Shown here: piece by piece, positions 53,361-62,202 of the stretch
How positions within the stretch are numbered: the first letter of the stretch is position 1
Layout of the letters: the number at the start of each line of letters is the position of its first letter
IMG/VR virus record: IMGVR_UViG_3300045988_052681
Direction: 5' to 3' (one strand)
Origin: a virus
DNA: 64,000 nucleotides
The notes under the pieces: model-generated
The model's database searches: none
The model's input: only the letters and a program-made list of their open reading frames with translations
What the model was told of the DNA's origin: nothing
Made by a program: the position numbers and the translations under genes

Positions 53361-54818
53361 TTATTTGTTGTCCTTCTTCTCCGTAGAATAGTCCTTACGG
53401 TCAAGTTCCCACTCATACTCACACATCTGAGTAATTGCTTCAAGCTTCTCTGTACCCAGAACGAGTTTGAGAGCATTTACCAATCTTTCAGCCGGAGTTT
53501 CCACAACAGCTTTCTTGGATGCGAGTCCAAGTTGACGTTGATAAGATTCAACGCTAGCTTTGATATGGAACGATGTTACATGGGTTTCTTCTGTAAAGAT
53601 GAGTTTGGATTTGGTTGATTCAACGATTTCAGCCATAAATGCCGGAGCAATTTCAGCTTCTTGAATGTAGTTACATACTTCACTCAAATCATCGTCGATT
53701 GTATATCCTTCTTCAGCGGTGAAGGTAGAACGGATGAATTTCTCCGCAGTTTCAGCGTCCAGACAGTCCATGGTAATCACAGAACCAATTCTCTTACCTC
53801 TCAAGAAGGTAGGTTCAATCAATTCAATGTGATTAGTAGTGAACAAGGTGATTACGTTCATGTCTTTGGTATCACCACCGTCCAGAGTATTCAGGATGTC
53901 TTGCATAGCAGCATCTCTGTTACCTCTAGTTACTTGGTCAATATCTTCAACAAATACGACAACACCATGGCCCGAACGGTCAACAACTTTACACATGCGC
54001 AGAGTTTCTGCAAGAAGAGAAGGATTCTTCAAATACACGAACGACCAACCGTTTGTTACAGCATCTTTAGCCAGCTTAAATGCCAGCAAGGTCTTACCTG
54101 TACCATATTTACCTTCCAGCAAACAACCATACTTCAATGGAATACCTTTAGCCAGACATTTCTCTGGATACAAGATTCTTGAGCGTAGCGGTTGCAATTC
54201 AAATTCAGTCTTCTTAGAAAGAACCATGAATTGTTTCTCAATGCCGGCAAGTGTCATGATAGTAGGTTCAGACAGATTGCTGATTTCCAAAGCCTGGTTT
54301 TTGTAGATAGATTCTGATGCCAACAGCTCTTTAGTTCTGTCAACAATATCATCAATCAATGACTGGTATTTGAACTGGCATTGTCCTTTAATAAGGAGCA
54401 AATGACGGTCATTGTCATAGTTGATGTTGATTTCAGAATCTTCTCCCAATTCTTCAAGGCTGATTTTACCAAACGGAACCTTGGTACGAGAACCGTCTGC
54501 CAGAACAACGTCTACGGTATCAATGTTGCTGTTTCCAGAAGGACTGTTATCCTCCTTACTAACGGCAGAACCGAAGATTTCATTGATTGCTCTGTTCAAC
54601 TGATATACACCGTCTGGTTTCCAACAAAGCAGCGAGTATTTGAAACTTGCCATTTTCTTGGACTGTTTGATTTCACCTTCGATGAATCCCAGAGCATCAG
54701 CATACTTCACATTGCTTTGGAGCACTTCAATCATTCTCTGTTTCTGAGTTTCCTCGTACTTGTTAACTCTCTGCTTAATAGCAGCTGTAGTTCCTTGCGG
54801 AATAATGTTCTTTGCCAT
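53361..54818 (-). CDS. AAA+ ATPase (classical AAA clade) with N-terminal unknown domain
   Basis: Walker A GKYGTGKTLLA, Walker B VVVFVEDIDQ, sensor-1 TTNH, second region of homology with FLRGKRIG arginine fingers. Confidence 0.8.
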   Translation of the reverse strand: MAKNIIPQGTTAAIKQRVNKYEETQKQRMIEVLQSNVKYADALGFIEGEIKQSKKMASFKYSLLCWKPDGVYQLNRAINEIFGSAVSKEDNSPSGNSNIDTVDVVLADGSRTKVPFGKISLEELGEDSEININYDNDRHLLLIKGQCQFKYQSLIDDIVDRTKELLASESIYKNQALEISNLSEPTIMTLAGIEKQFMVLSKKTEFELQPLRSRILYPEKCLAKGIPLKYGCLLEGKYGTGKTLLAFKLAKDAVTNGWSFVYLKNPSLLAETLRMCKVVDRSGHGVVVFVEDIDQVTRGNRDAAMQDILNTLDGGDTKDMNVITLFTTNHIELIEPTFLRGKRIGSVITMDCLDAETAEKFIRSTFTAEEGYTIDDDLSEVCNYIQEAEIAPAFMAEIVESTKSKLIFTEETHVTSFHIKASVESYQRQLGLASKKAVVETPAERLVNALKLVLGTEKLEAITQMCEYEWELDRKDYSTEKKDNK

Positions 54819-55106
54819 TACTTAATTAGGTTTATTAATCTTATTTACTTCTTTAATGATTGCCTCACAATTCTCTCTTGTTGTAGTTAAACAACCAAGT
54901 TGAATAATAGAACCGTCTTGAGTGATAGTCAGGTTCTTCTCTTCGATTGTTTCCCTACACAAACCTCCTCTGATAATTCTTTTAATGAGTGGAAAGGGTA
55001 ATATAGTATTCTTACAGAATATCATATTCTTGCCTTCCACATAAATGACATCGTAGCCGTCAATGCTACCTACTACCTTACTCATTCGATTCAACTATTA
55101 ACTGTG

Positions 55107-55180
55107 TGGGCCCGGCCGGACTTGAACCGACAACCTCCTGATTATGAGTCAGTTTCTCTAACCGATTGAGATACGGGCCC
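55107..55180 (-). tRNA. tRNA-Met or tRNA-Ile2 (anticodon CAT), second copy
   Basis: Acceptor GGGCCCG/CGGGCCC, D-arm TCTC-AATCGGTTA-GAGA, anticodon loop CTCATAA, T-arm GTCGG-TTCAAGT-CCGGC. Confidence 0.8.
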
Positions 55181-55276
55181 CGAACGCCCATGTTTACTCA
55201 CAATTAACAGTTCTCAAAGAGTAGTGTTGTTAGTGACTTCATGATAAATTCTATTTTAAACTGAAATAATTAGTAG

Positions 55277-55348
55277 TTGGGCTACCAGGATTCGAACCTG
55301 GGCTACAAGAGCCAAAACCTTGTGTGACTACCACTACACCATAGCCCA
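55277..55348 (-). tRNA. tRNA-Gln (anticodon TTG)
   Basis: Acceptor TGGGCTA/TAGCCCA, anticodon arm CAAGG-TTTTGGC-TCTTG, T-arm CCAGG-TTCGAAT-CCTGG. Confidence 0.7.
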
Positions 55349-55369
55349 GTAAAAGGAGTCCGAAGACTC

Positions 55370-56437
55370 CTAAACTAACTTATCGAATATCATGGGTTGT
55401 ATTGACATCCATAAATTCGCTAGCATTTCTTGCTCTGCGTCAGATGCTTCATCCCAATGTGATACGTACAATTTCTCCGTTCGTTCATTCCTATAAGGAA
55501 CTTTAAATGAACGGTTAATGTGTACACTGTGTGCGAATAGGTCTTTGTCGAAATCAATAGCCCTAAGCGTCTTCTGGAAATCGTTGAACTTATTATTAGG
55601 GTCATCGACATCCCTAACAGACATTCCAGAAGGAAATGGGCCGTTACCATGCCTTGTTATATAAGGACGAGTTACATAACAAGTTTGGATTTCTTTACGT
55701 ATGCCTGCTTTCCGCAACAGCTCGTAAGCGTTTTGTGAAGTTGTATTAGACGGAGTGCAATAAGGCATTATGCCGAATCTTTGGTCAAGCAATATTCCCT
55801 GTGAACCTTCAAACACTAGGTTGTCATAGTTTAACAAGCAATCTTCATTAACCGTACCTGTATGTAAGAAATAAGCATGTGCTAACCTACACCAGTTGTC
55901 TAGGTCTATCGAGGGATATTTACTAGACATGTTGTAATAGTTATCCACTATGGCATTTAATTTCTCACGTAGTATGTAAGGATTCATACAATCTACAACT
56001 GTTAAGCTGTATCCTGCCTTAACTCGGTCCAAACAAGCTTTAAACCCTGTACCTACAGTACCATGTCGTAAGTTCTCTTCGTTATTAACTTGGGAATAGA
56101 CATCGAAGGGAATTACAACTTGGCAGTGAGGGTGATACTGAACAATGGGACGAACTCCCATTTTAGCTAAGTCTGCACCCTCTAACATAGAGGTAATTGG
56201 GTCTACAGTACAGTATTCGGACCAATACGTCGGCACTCCAAGTAAGGTTCCGCTGCCAAAGTTACTAAAGGTGTGCATCATGTCTCCATGCTTTACAGTA
56301 TGTCCTACTTGATGTCCACCACTAAACCTGACTACTAATACAGACTCTCGCTTACCTATGTACTTGTTACATAAGTTGTGAACTGTCTGTCCCTTACCTT
56401 CGTCTCCAAAGAATGTTCCTAATACAATACTAATCAT
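55370..56437 (-). CDS. adenylosuccinate synthetase family protein, short C-terminally truncated form (PurA/PurZ-like)
   Basis: N-terminal VLGTFFGDEGKGQ P-loop, GGHQVGHT, GTVGTGFKA, FEGSQGILLD, PYCTPSNTT and GNGPFPS align with PurA landmarks; 355 aa, whereas PurA is ~430 aa; the TTGRRRR and KxD guanine-specificity elements are not evident. Confidence 0.7.
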   Translation of the reverse strand: MISIVLGTFFGDEGKGQTVHNLCNKYIGKRESVLVVRFSGGHQVGHTVKHGDMMHTFSNFGSGTLLGVPTYWSEYCTVDPITSMLEGADLAKMGVRPIVQYHPHCQVVIPFDVYSQVNNEENLRHGTVGTGFKACLDRVKAGYSLTVVDCMNPYILREKLNAIVDNYYNMSSKYPSIDLDNWCRLAHAYFLHTGTVNEDCLLNYDNLVFEGSQGILLDQRFGIMPYCTPSNTTSQNAYELLRKAGIRKEIQTCYVTRPYITRHGNGPFPSGMSVRDVDDPNNKFNDFQKTLRAIDFDKDLFAHSVHINRSFKVPYRNERTEKLYVSHWDEASDAEQEMLANLWMSIQPMIFDKLV

Positions 56438-56443
56438 TTCAGT

Positions 56444-57376
56444 TTAATAAAATTTGTCATTACTATCAGACGGCACATCTTGCCATTCTTGACTAACAGA
56501 AGCACTAGGAGCTAAACCTTCAGCAGGCTCCTCATAGTTCTCTTTAATTGCGGTGACAATCACCTTGTCTACTTCTCCAGATGCACATGTCAATACATTC
56601 TGTCCAAGTAAAGTCTTCCAAGATTCAGCAACCCTTGAGCCATGACTGGCATTAGTAATGTGAATGTGGAATACATGGTACTGTTCCTTTGCTTTGTCAA
56701 GAGCTTCTTGACAAGTAATGGTTTTAGCACCTTTTTGATATCCTAGAACACGTTCTAAGTAACACCCCTCTACCTTATCGAGATTTGGTTCATCTCCAAT
56801 AGTAAATAGGAATCCCTTAGTGTGTCTTTCAAACCAGGAATCAGTTTCAGTATGATAACCTGCCACAATATGAGCTAGTAGATAGCTTTCGCCTCTATTA
56901 CCTCCTCCTCCACCTTCAATCACGAACGATTGTAAAGTGTCAAGAATTTTAGCTGTATCAGACTCAAACTGCCCAATTTGAATTGGATATCGGTCATAAA
57001 CGTGGTCCCCAACTGCCATAAACATGATTTGTGGGTCACGTACACCTAGTTGAATGAGAGAGTCCATAATCTTAGGGAATTGGTCTCTAATCATTTCATA
57101 AGGTGTGTCCATCATTGAACCAGTAACGTCTAGCGCAATGATTATCGGAGTAGAGAAAGGATGTTCTTTAGAATCACGAGATTCACGAACACCCACGTTA
57201 ACCATTTCTTGCCTTATCTGCGTGTTATACTGCCTAACATTGTTGTTAAGCGATGCAGCAGTATTACATGCATTAATGGCATGGCTCTTAAAGAGTTCAT
57301 CCCTAGTGGAGGTATATAAACCCCTACTGCCGGCCTCTACATCATAAGCAATTCTAGAATAACTACCTGCTCCCAT
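56444..57376 (-). CDS. von Willebrand factor A (vWA) domain protein
   Basis: MIDAS motif IIIALDVTGSM (DxTGS) plus downstream T/D residues; 310 aa. Confidence 0.7.
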   Translation of the reverse strand: MGAGSYSRIAYDVEAGSRGLYTSTRDELFKSHAINACNTAASLNNNVRQYNTQIRQEMVNVGVRESRDSKEHPFSTPIIIALDVTGSMMDTPYEMIRDQFPKIMDSLIQLGVRDPQIMFMAVGDHVYDRYPIQIGQFESDTAKILDTLQSFVIEGGGGGNRGESYLLAHIVAGYHTETDSWFERHTKGFLFTIGDEPNLDKVEGCYLERVLGYQKGAKTITCQEALDKAKEQYHVFHIHITNASHGSRVAESWKTLLGQNVLTCASGEVDKVIVTAIKENYEEPAEGLAPSASVSQEWQDVPSDSNDKFY

Positions 57377-57379
57377 AAA

Positions 57380-57748
57380 TTATTCATTTACAGTTGCAGC
57401 AGCGTCATCCAAATTAATGGATTCTGATGCATCAGCGGGAAATTCTTCTGCATCGACTTGCATAGCTAGAGCAAGTTCAATCTTTGCAACACGCAGTTTA
57501 CGTGCTAATTCATGTCTTGTTCTTACCCATTCAGCCGGATTCAGTCCTTCTCCCGGATTCAAAGAGTCTCTTGATTTAACAGCCAGGTCATTGTGTTTGT
57601 TGATTTCTCCCTGAATGCGGAGTACTTTCAATTTACAATCCTGAACAAATCTGTCTTCCTCGATTTTAGCCAATTCATACAGATTCTGCGCTCTTGCATC
57701 AAGTACACTTTGTCCACTCTTACTTAATTTCTCTTTAAAACTGCTCAT
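57380..57748 (-). CDS. hypothetical coiled-coil protein
   Basis: 122-aa ORF, 4-nt spacing from the vWA gene. Confidence 0.4.
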   Translation of the reverse strand: MSSFKEKLSKSGQSVLDARAQNLYELAKIEEDRFVQDCKLKVLRIQGEINKHNDLAVKSRDSLNPGEGLNPAEWVRTRHELARKLRVAKIELALAMQVDAEEFPADASESINLDDAAATVNE

Positions 57749-57824
57749 TTACACTTACATTTAACATGTTAAATTCAATAAGCATCTCTGTGTGGTAATT
57801 TATAATCTAACTGTAATCATCTAG

Positions 57825-57907
57825 GATTACAATCGAGCCGACTGTCAGATTCGAACTGACGTGGAGTTTCCTCTCGTGATTACAAGTCACGTGCAATCAA
57901 CCACTAT
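57825..57907 (-). tRNA. class II-architecture tRNA with anticodon TGT (nominally Thr)
   Basis: Acceptor GCCGACT/AGTCGGC, 3-bp D-stem GCA/TGC with 11-nt D-loop, anticodon arm CGTGA-CTTGTAA-TCACG, 14-nt variable arm with GAG-GAAA-CTC hairpin, T-arm GTCAG-TTCGAAT-CTGAC, U73. Confidence 0.6.
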
Positions 57908-57965
57908 GCGAAGTCGGCATAAACAGGAGACGATGTTACCAAGTGTGCTGACATCTCCTTCGTAA

Positions 57966-58037
57966 ATCAAAGAAAGCGGTGCATACGGGATTCAAACCCG
58001 TGGTCTCCTCATAGACAGTGAGGCATCCTATCACTGA
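57966..58037 (-). tRNA. tRNA-Asp (anticodon GTC)
   Basis: Acceptor GGTGCAT/ATGCACC, anticodon arm CCTCA-CTGTCTA-TGAGG, T-arm ACGGG-TTTGAAT-CCCGT, G73. Confidence 0.75.
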
Positions 58038-58353
58038 ACGAATGCACCATGAAGCTTGCTTAACCTACCCTCTAAACCTATGCTTGGACTTGCAGTCAGT
58101 TATTCAGATATTGTCCCTTCCCGCTAGCTGAGTCATTCTCTTACTGTAATCATGTGTCCAACTCACAATTACTATTCAGATGTGCCAAATGGGACATGGC
58201 AATTCATAGAAAGTGGGTGCTAGCCGTTTCTATCCCACCATTGCGTACTACAGTGCTAGCTACCGTCTAAGCTCCTATCCCTTACGTCGCCTTAGAGTGT
58301 ACATGATTATTATTGCCTAACCAGTTACCTGATTGGAAGGATTATGTACGAGG

Positions 58354-58425
58354 TACTGCCAACGGGATTCGAACCCGTATTTTCAGTGTGAGAGACTGAT
58401 TACCTAACCCTTAGTAGATGGCAGT
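58354..58425 (-). tRNA. tRNA-Glu (anticodon CTC)
   Basis: Acceptor ACTGCCA/TGGCAGT (A1-U72), anticodon arm TCAGT-CTCTCAC-ACTGA, T-arm ACGGG-TTCGAAT-CCCGT. Confidence 0.65.
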
Positions 58426-58708
58426 GTGTTAAATAGTCGTGAGTAGTTAATTGCAACTATGACAAAATTAAGATTAAAGTCAAAGACCAGCCTATTGCTA
58501 TCTAGGGCAAAGTCAAAGGAATTTTGTAACTTCGCAATAGACTGACAGGGTTTGAATTAATAATACTTAATTATGCTGGAAATCGTCCCTGTATGAAATA
58601 CAGAACACGATTAATTTGTCGACAATGCATCGACTAGAGTCTTTGATGCAATTCATACTACTCACGCAAAGCTATGTTAGAATCCAATGAGATTCAAGAC
58701 TATAGCAC

Positions 58709-59602
58709 CTATTTATCTGGATTGGAAATCTTAGTTAGCAATTCATAAGTTGCTTGTAACTCATTAGGAATTACTATCTTAAGTTCCAATAGTTTCTTAC
58801 GTTCTTCAACTTTCCAAGTTTCACATTGTTGAGACAGGGTTTTGGCATCCAAATTGAATCTATCAACAGCTTGTTTATAAGCCTGATTGACTTCATATTC
58901 AGAATCCTTTACCATTTTATCAATCTTGAACTTAATCTTATTAAGTCTAGCTGATATGTCTCTGTGTTTCTGCTGTAATGCAAAGAATGTATTCTCTACC
59001 TTATCACTACTAACAGACGGGTCATACGAGTACACGATTGTGTCAGTGCCAGAACCTTCAACCTTAGTAGGATTAGTATAGGCATCCATTAAAGCTCTAC
59101 GGGCGTTTGCAAACGGACGCATTGGATGAATATACTTACCAATAGCAGATGCTTCTGCTTCTAGTCTGTAATATTCCATACGTTCTGCAATGCTCAATGA
59201 AGCAATTGCTTCCTCTTCGGTAAGGATATGACCCTTAATCGGGGTGTCCAACTTGAATCCAGCTACGTCTGTAGCATATAAATCCCATGTGTACCTGTTA
59301 ATAATTTCAAGTTCTTCTTCTCTAGCCTTAATAGCTTCACGAATCCATGCACAGAAGGCATTCATATTAGCAACTTCTTGAAGTAATGTAGGTACATTAT
59401 CAAGATATGCCTCATTTCTACCTGTCTTTACAGTCCTAGAGTTACCTCCACTTAGCAAGCTAATATTGACATTCACAAACCCTACAGAATCTAAAGCTTG
59501 TCTATTAGATTCTACTGTTTCCTTAGCTATATTAGCCAGGTGATTGGCAGAAGTTTGGGTTAGTCCCTTCTCGCCAAAGAATACTTTGTTACATTCTTTC
59601 AT
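58709..59602 (-). CDS. hypothetical protein
   Basis: 297-aa ORF. Confidence 0.45.
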   Translation of the reverse strand: MKECNKVFFGEKGLTQTSANHLANIAKETVESNRQALDSVGFVNVNISLLSGGNSRTVKTGRNEAYLDNVPTLLQEVANMNAFCAWIREAIKAREEELEIINRYTWDLYATDVAGFKLDTPIKGHILTEEEAIASLSIAERMEYYRLEAEASAIGKYIHPMRPFANARRALMDAYTNPTKVEGSGTDTIVYSYDPSVSSDKVENTFFALQQKHRDISARLNKIKFKIDKMVKDSEYEVNQAYKQAVDRFNLDAKTLSQQCETWKVEERKKLLELKIVIPNELQATYELLTKISNPDK

Positions 59603-59631
59603 AAGCTGTAATTATTAATTCATTACTAATG

Positions 59632-59704
59632 CACTGGATAGGGGATTCGAACCCCTGTTTACGCATAGAAAGTGCGTCGACCTAAACCACTAGTCGAATC
59701 CAGT
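59632..59704 (-). tRNA. tRNA-Glu (anticodon TTC)
   Basis: Acceptor ACTGGAT/ATCCAGT (A1-U72), D-arm GACT-AGTGGTTTA-GGTC, anticodon arm ACGCA-CTTTCTA-TGCGT, T-arm AGGGG-TTCGAAT-CCCCT. Confidence 0.7.
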
Positions 59705-60052
59705 ATACCTTATTAAGCCTTCCAGAATACAAACTTATTGCCTTCTGGACATCTTATATACTTCACATCAAAACCATTCTCTCGATATAGAGGTTCTACA
59801 TCTAACCAATGGTTCTTAATTACTTCTTCTTCAGTTAAACCTTCAGATGCTACATAGGCTATTACATCTGATTGCTTAAATTCAGAAGCTTTACCACTCC
59901 AGTTCTTAACTATTAAAGTATTAAAAGCTAAGATAACTACATCAGGAATAGATTTTAAATCTATACTCCTCAATTCTCTTGAATTTAATACCTTCACCAT
60001 AATTCTAATAATTAGGTTAATAATGATTTTCACAAACTCTTATTAGCCAGCG

Positions 60053-60140
60053 CGGAGAGTGCCGGATTCGAACCAGCGGAACCCTTTTGAGGTTCGGAGT
60101 CTTAGCAGGACTCTGGTATAGACCACTCACCCAACTCTCC
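60053..60140 (-). tRNA. tRNA-Ser (anticodon GCT), class II
   Basis: Acceptor GGAGAGT/ACTCTCC, G73, anticodon arm GAGTC-CTGCTAA-GACTC, long variable arm GAACC-TCAAAAG-GGTTC, T-arm GCTGG-TTCGAAT-CCGGC. Confidence 0.8.
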
Positions 60141-60227
60141 AATCCACAGAAGACTCATTTATGCTATATCAATCGCTTATGATTACCTCAATGCTGTAAG
60201 TCTTCTTAGAAATTCACTGTAAAAGGA

Positions 60228-62189
60228 TTACTTTACAGGAGGAAAATTATCACCTTTAGCTGGTGATTCTTCTGGCTTCTTGCCAGTGATTATTTGCTTA
60301 AGCGAATCTGCAATAGGCAAATTACGGGCAATCTCCAAGCTAGGAGCAAGATTCTTAGCCATATTAGCCATGAACTGTCCAGCAGTGTTGGAATCACCAT
60401 ACACAGTAACATTACCAAGCTGGATATGTTCAAATACCTTAGCGTTGGCTTCAGCAACTTCCTTCCACCTGTCGGTCATTGCATATTGAACGATTGCTTC
60501 AGGATGCATACCTGATTTAATCATATGTTCAACTGCAAGAGCCGGAGCCATTTCCATTGCCTGTTTCTGTTCAGCTTCTGCCATTAAAGATGCTTTCTTA
60601 CCTTCAGCTTCAGCAAGAAGTTTCTTCTTGGTACCTTCAGCTTCTGCTTCCAGTTGCATCTTAGTAGCATTTGCTTTAGCTTCTGCTGCTTTCAAGATTT
60701 TAGCTGCTTCCGCTTCTGCTTCAAGAATGGCTACACTCTTAACAGCTTCTGCTTCAATTTTAGCTTTCTCTTTGGCTTTCTCGGCAGGTATAATTACTTC
60801 AGCTTTAAGCTTAGCTTCTTCAGCTTTAGCTTTAGCTTCGTTAACTTCCACCTGACGTTCTTGCTCTGTTTTAGCAACTGCCATTTGAGCTTCAACTTTA
60901 GAAGTACCAGCTACTCTTTCTGCTTCAGCTTTAGCTTTCTCTGCTTCTCCCTTAGCTTTGGAAACTTCAATAGTAGCCTTCTGTTCAGCTACTCCTGCTG
61001 CTTTCTCTGCTTCAGCTGCCTTTTGACGGGCTTCTGATTCATACTGTGCAGTTTTAGCTTCCTTTTCCTGCTGTGCTTTAACAGTTTCAGCTTCTTGGTT
61101 TTGTGCTGCTACTGCCATACGAACTTCCTTCTCTGCTTCTGCTTCTGCCTTAGCGGCTTCAGCTTTGGCAGTAAATTCTGCTTCTTTAGCAGTTGCATAA
61201 GCTTGCTGCTCTGCAATCTTGGCAGCTCTCAATGCTTCTTGCTCGGCAACTTTGGAAGCTTCTTCAGTTTGGGCTGTAGCCACACCAATTTCACGTTCCT
61301 TTCTTTGCTCTGCAACAGCAATTTGTTGTTCCTTATGCTGCTCGGCCAATTGAGTTTCTTTCTCTTTAGTGGTCTTAGCAATAGCAACTTCTTTCTCCCT
61401 GTTAGTTTCAGCCACTATAGTTTCTTGCTCCTTAGTAGCTGCTGCAATTGCAATCTCCTTCTCTCTCGTAGTTTGAGCTATCTGGATTGCTCCTTTCTTC
61501 TCTTCTTCTGCGATATCAGCTTGTGATTGCGCTCTTGCTTTAGTCTCTTCTTTCTTACCAAGATTATCAATATATTGAGCAGCATCTTGAATGTCACTGA
61601 TATTGATATTCATCAGATAAAGACCAAGTTTGTTCAATTCCGTATTGATATTGTCTCTAGCTTGAGCTAGGAACTTGTCTCTGTCAGAGTTAAGCTCTTC
61701 AATAGTCATCGAAGCAATAACAAGCCTCATCTGACCATAAACAATATCTGAAATCAAACTTTCTTTAACGTCATCATCAGCACCTAGTAAGCGATTAGCA
61801 GCATTCTGCATAATCAGCGGTTCTTGGCTAATAGCAACAGTTACAGTGGTAGGGATAGTTACACGAATATTTTGAGCTGACAAAGCATTCTTCAATACAA
61901 GATTCAATTGAATCGGTTGCATTGACATTACTTCATAACCCTGTATAATCGGCCATACAAAAGCTGCACCACCATGATAAACCTTGGCAGTTTTAATTTC
62001 AACTTCTCTGTCAACCAGATTACCTTTAGCGTCGCGTTCGCTAACTTTCTCTTTGTGAGAGCCTGTTTTACCATAAACTACCAACAATTCGTCAGATTTA
62101 CATTTACGGTAGCGGGATAGAATCCCAATGATAGTGATGATTGCAACTAGTACAACTACACCAACGATAATTAATGATGTCATTTCCAT
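60228..62189 (-). CDS. SPFH/band-7 flotillin-like protein (YqiK/FloT type)
   Basis: N-terminal TM helix, then SPFH domain, then ~300-aa Ala/Glu/Lys-rich coiled coil (AEAEKE…, EAKAKAEEAKLKAE…); architecture of bacterial flotillins. Confidence 0.75.
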   Translation of the reverse strand: MEMTSLIIVGVVVLVAIITIIGILSRYRKCKSDELLVVYGKTGSHKEKVSERDAKGNLVDREVEIKTAKVYHGGAAFVWPIIQGYEVMSMQPIQLNLVLKNALSAQNIRVTIPTTVTVAISQEPLIMQNAANRLLGADDDVKESLISDIVYGQMRLVIASMTIEELNSDRDKFLAQARDNINTELNKLGLYLMNINISDIQDAAQYIDNLGKKEETKARAQSQADIAEEEKKGAIQIAQTTREKEIAIAAATKEQETIVAETNREKEVAIAKTTKEKETQLAEQHKEQQIAVAEQRKEREIGVATAQTEEASKVAEQEALRAAKIAEQQAYATAKEAEFTAKAEAAKAEAEAEKEVRMAVAAQNQEAETVKAQQEKEAKTAQYESEARQKAAEAEKAAGVAEQKATIEVSKAKGEAEKAKAEAERVAGTSKVEAQMAVAKTEQERQVEVNEAKAKAEEAKLKAEVIIPAEKAKEKAKIEAEAVKSVAILEAEAEAAKILKAAEAKANATKMQLEAEAEGTKKKLLAEAEGKKASLMAEAEQKQAMEMAPALAVEHMIKSGMHPEAIVQYAMTDRWKEVAEANAKVFEHIQLGNVTVYGDSNTAGQFMANMAKNLAPSLEIARNLPIADSLKQIITGKKPEESPAKGDNFPPVK

Positions 62190-62202
62190 CTTGAAATTGG
62201 TA

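Noticed and set aside
60654-61526. Plus-strand ORFs with Cys/Phe/Ser-rich low-complexity translations (e.g. 60654..61037, 61095..61526)
   Set aside because: They are the antisense reading of the GCT/GAA/AAG-rich coiled-coil region of the flotillin gene and have no start context or motifs. These are spurious.
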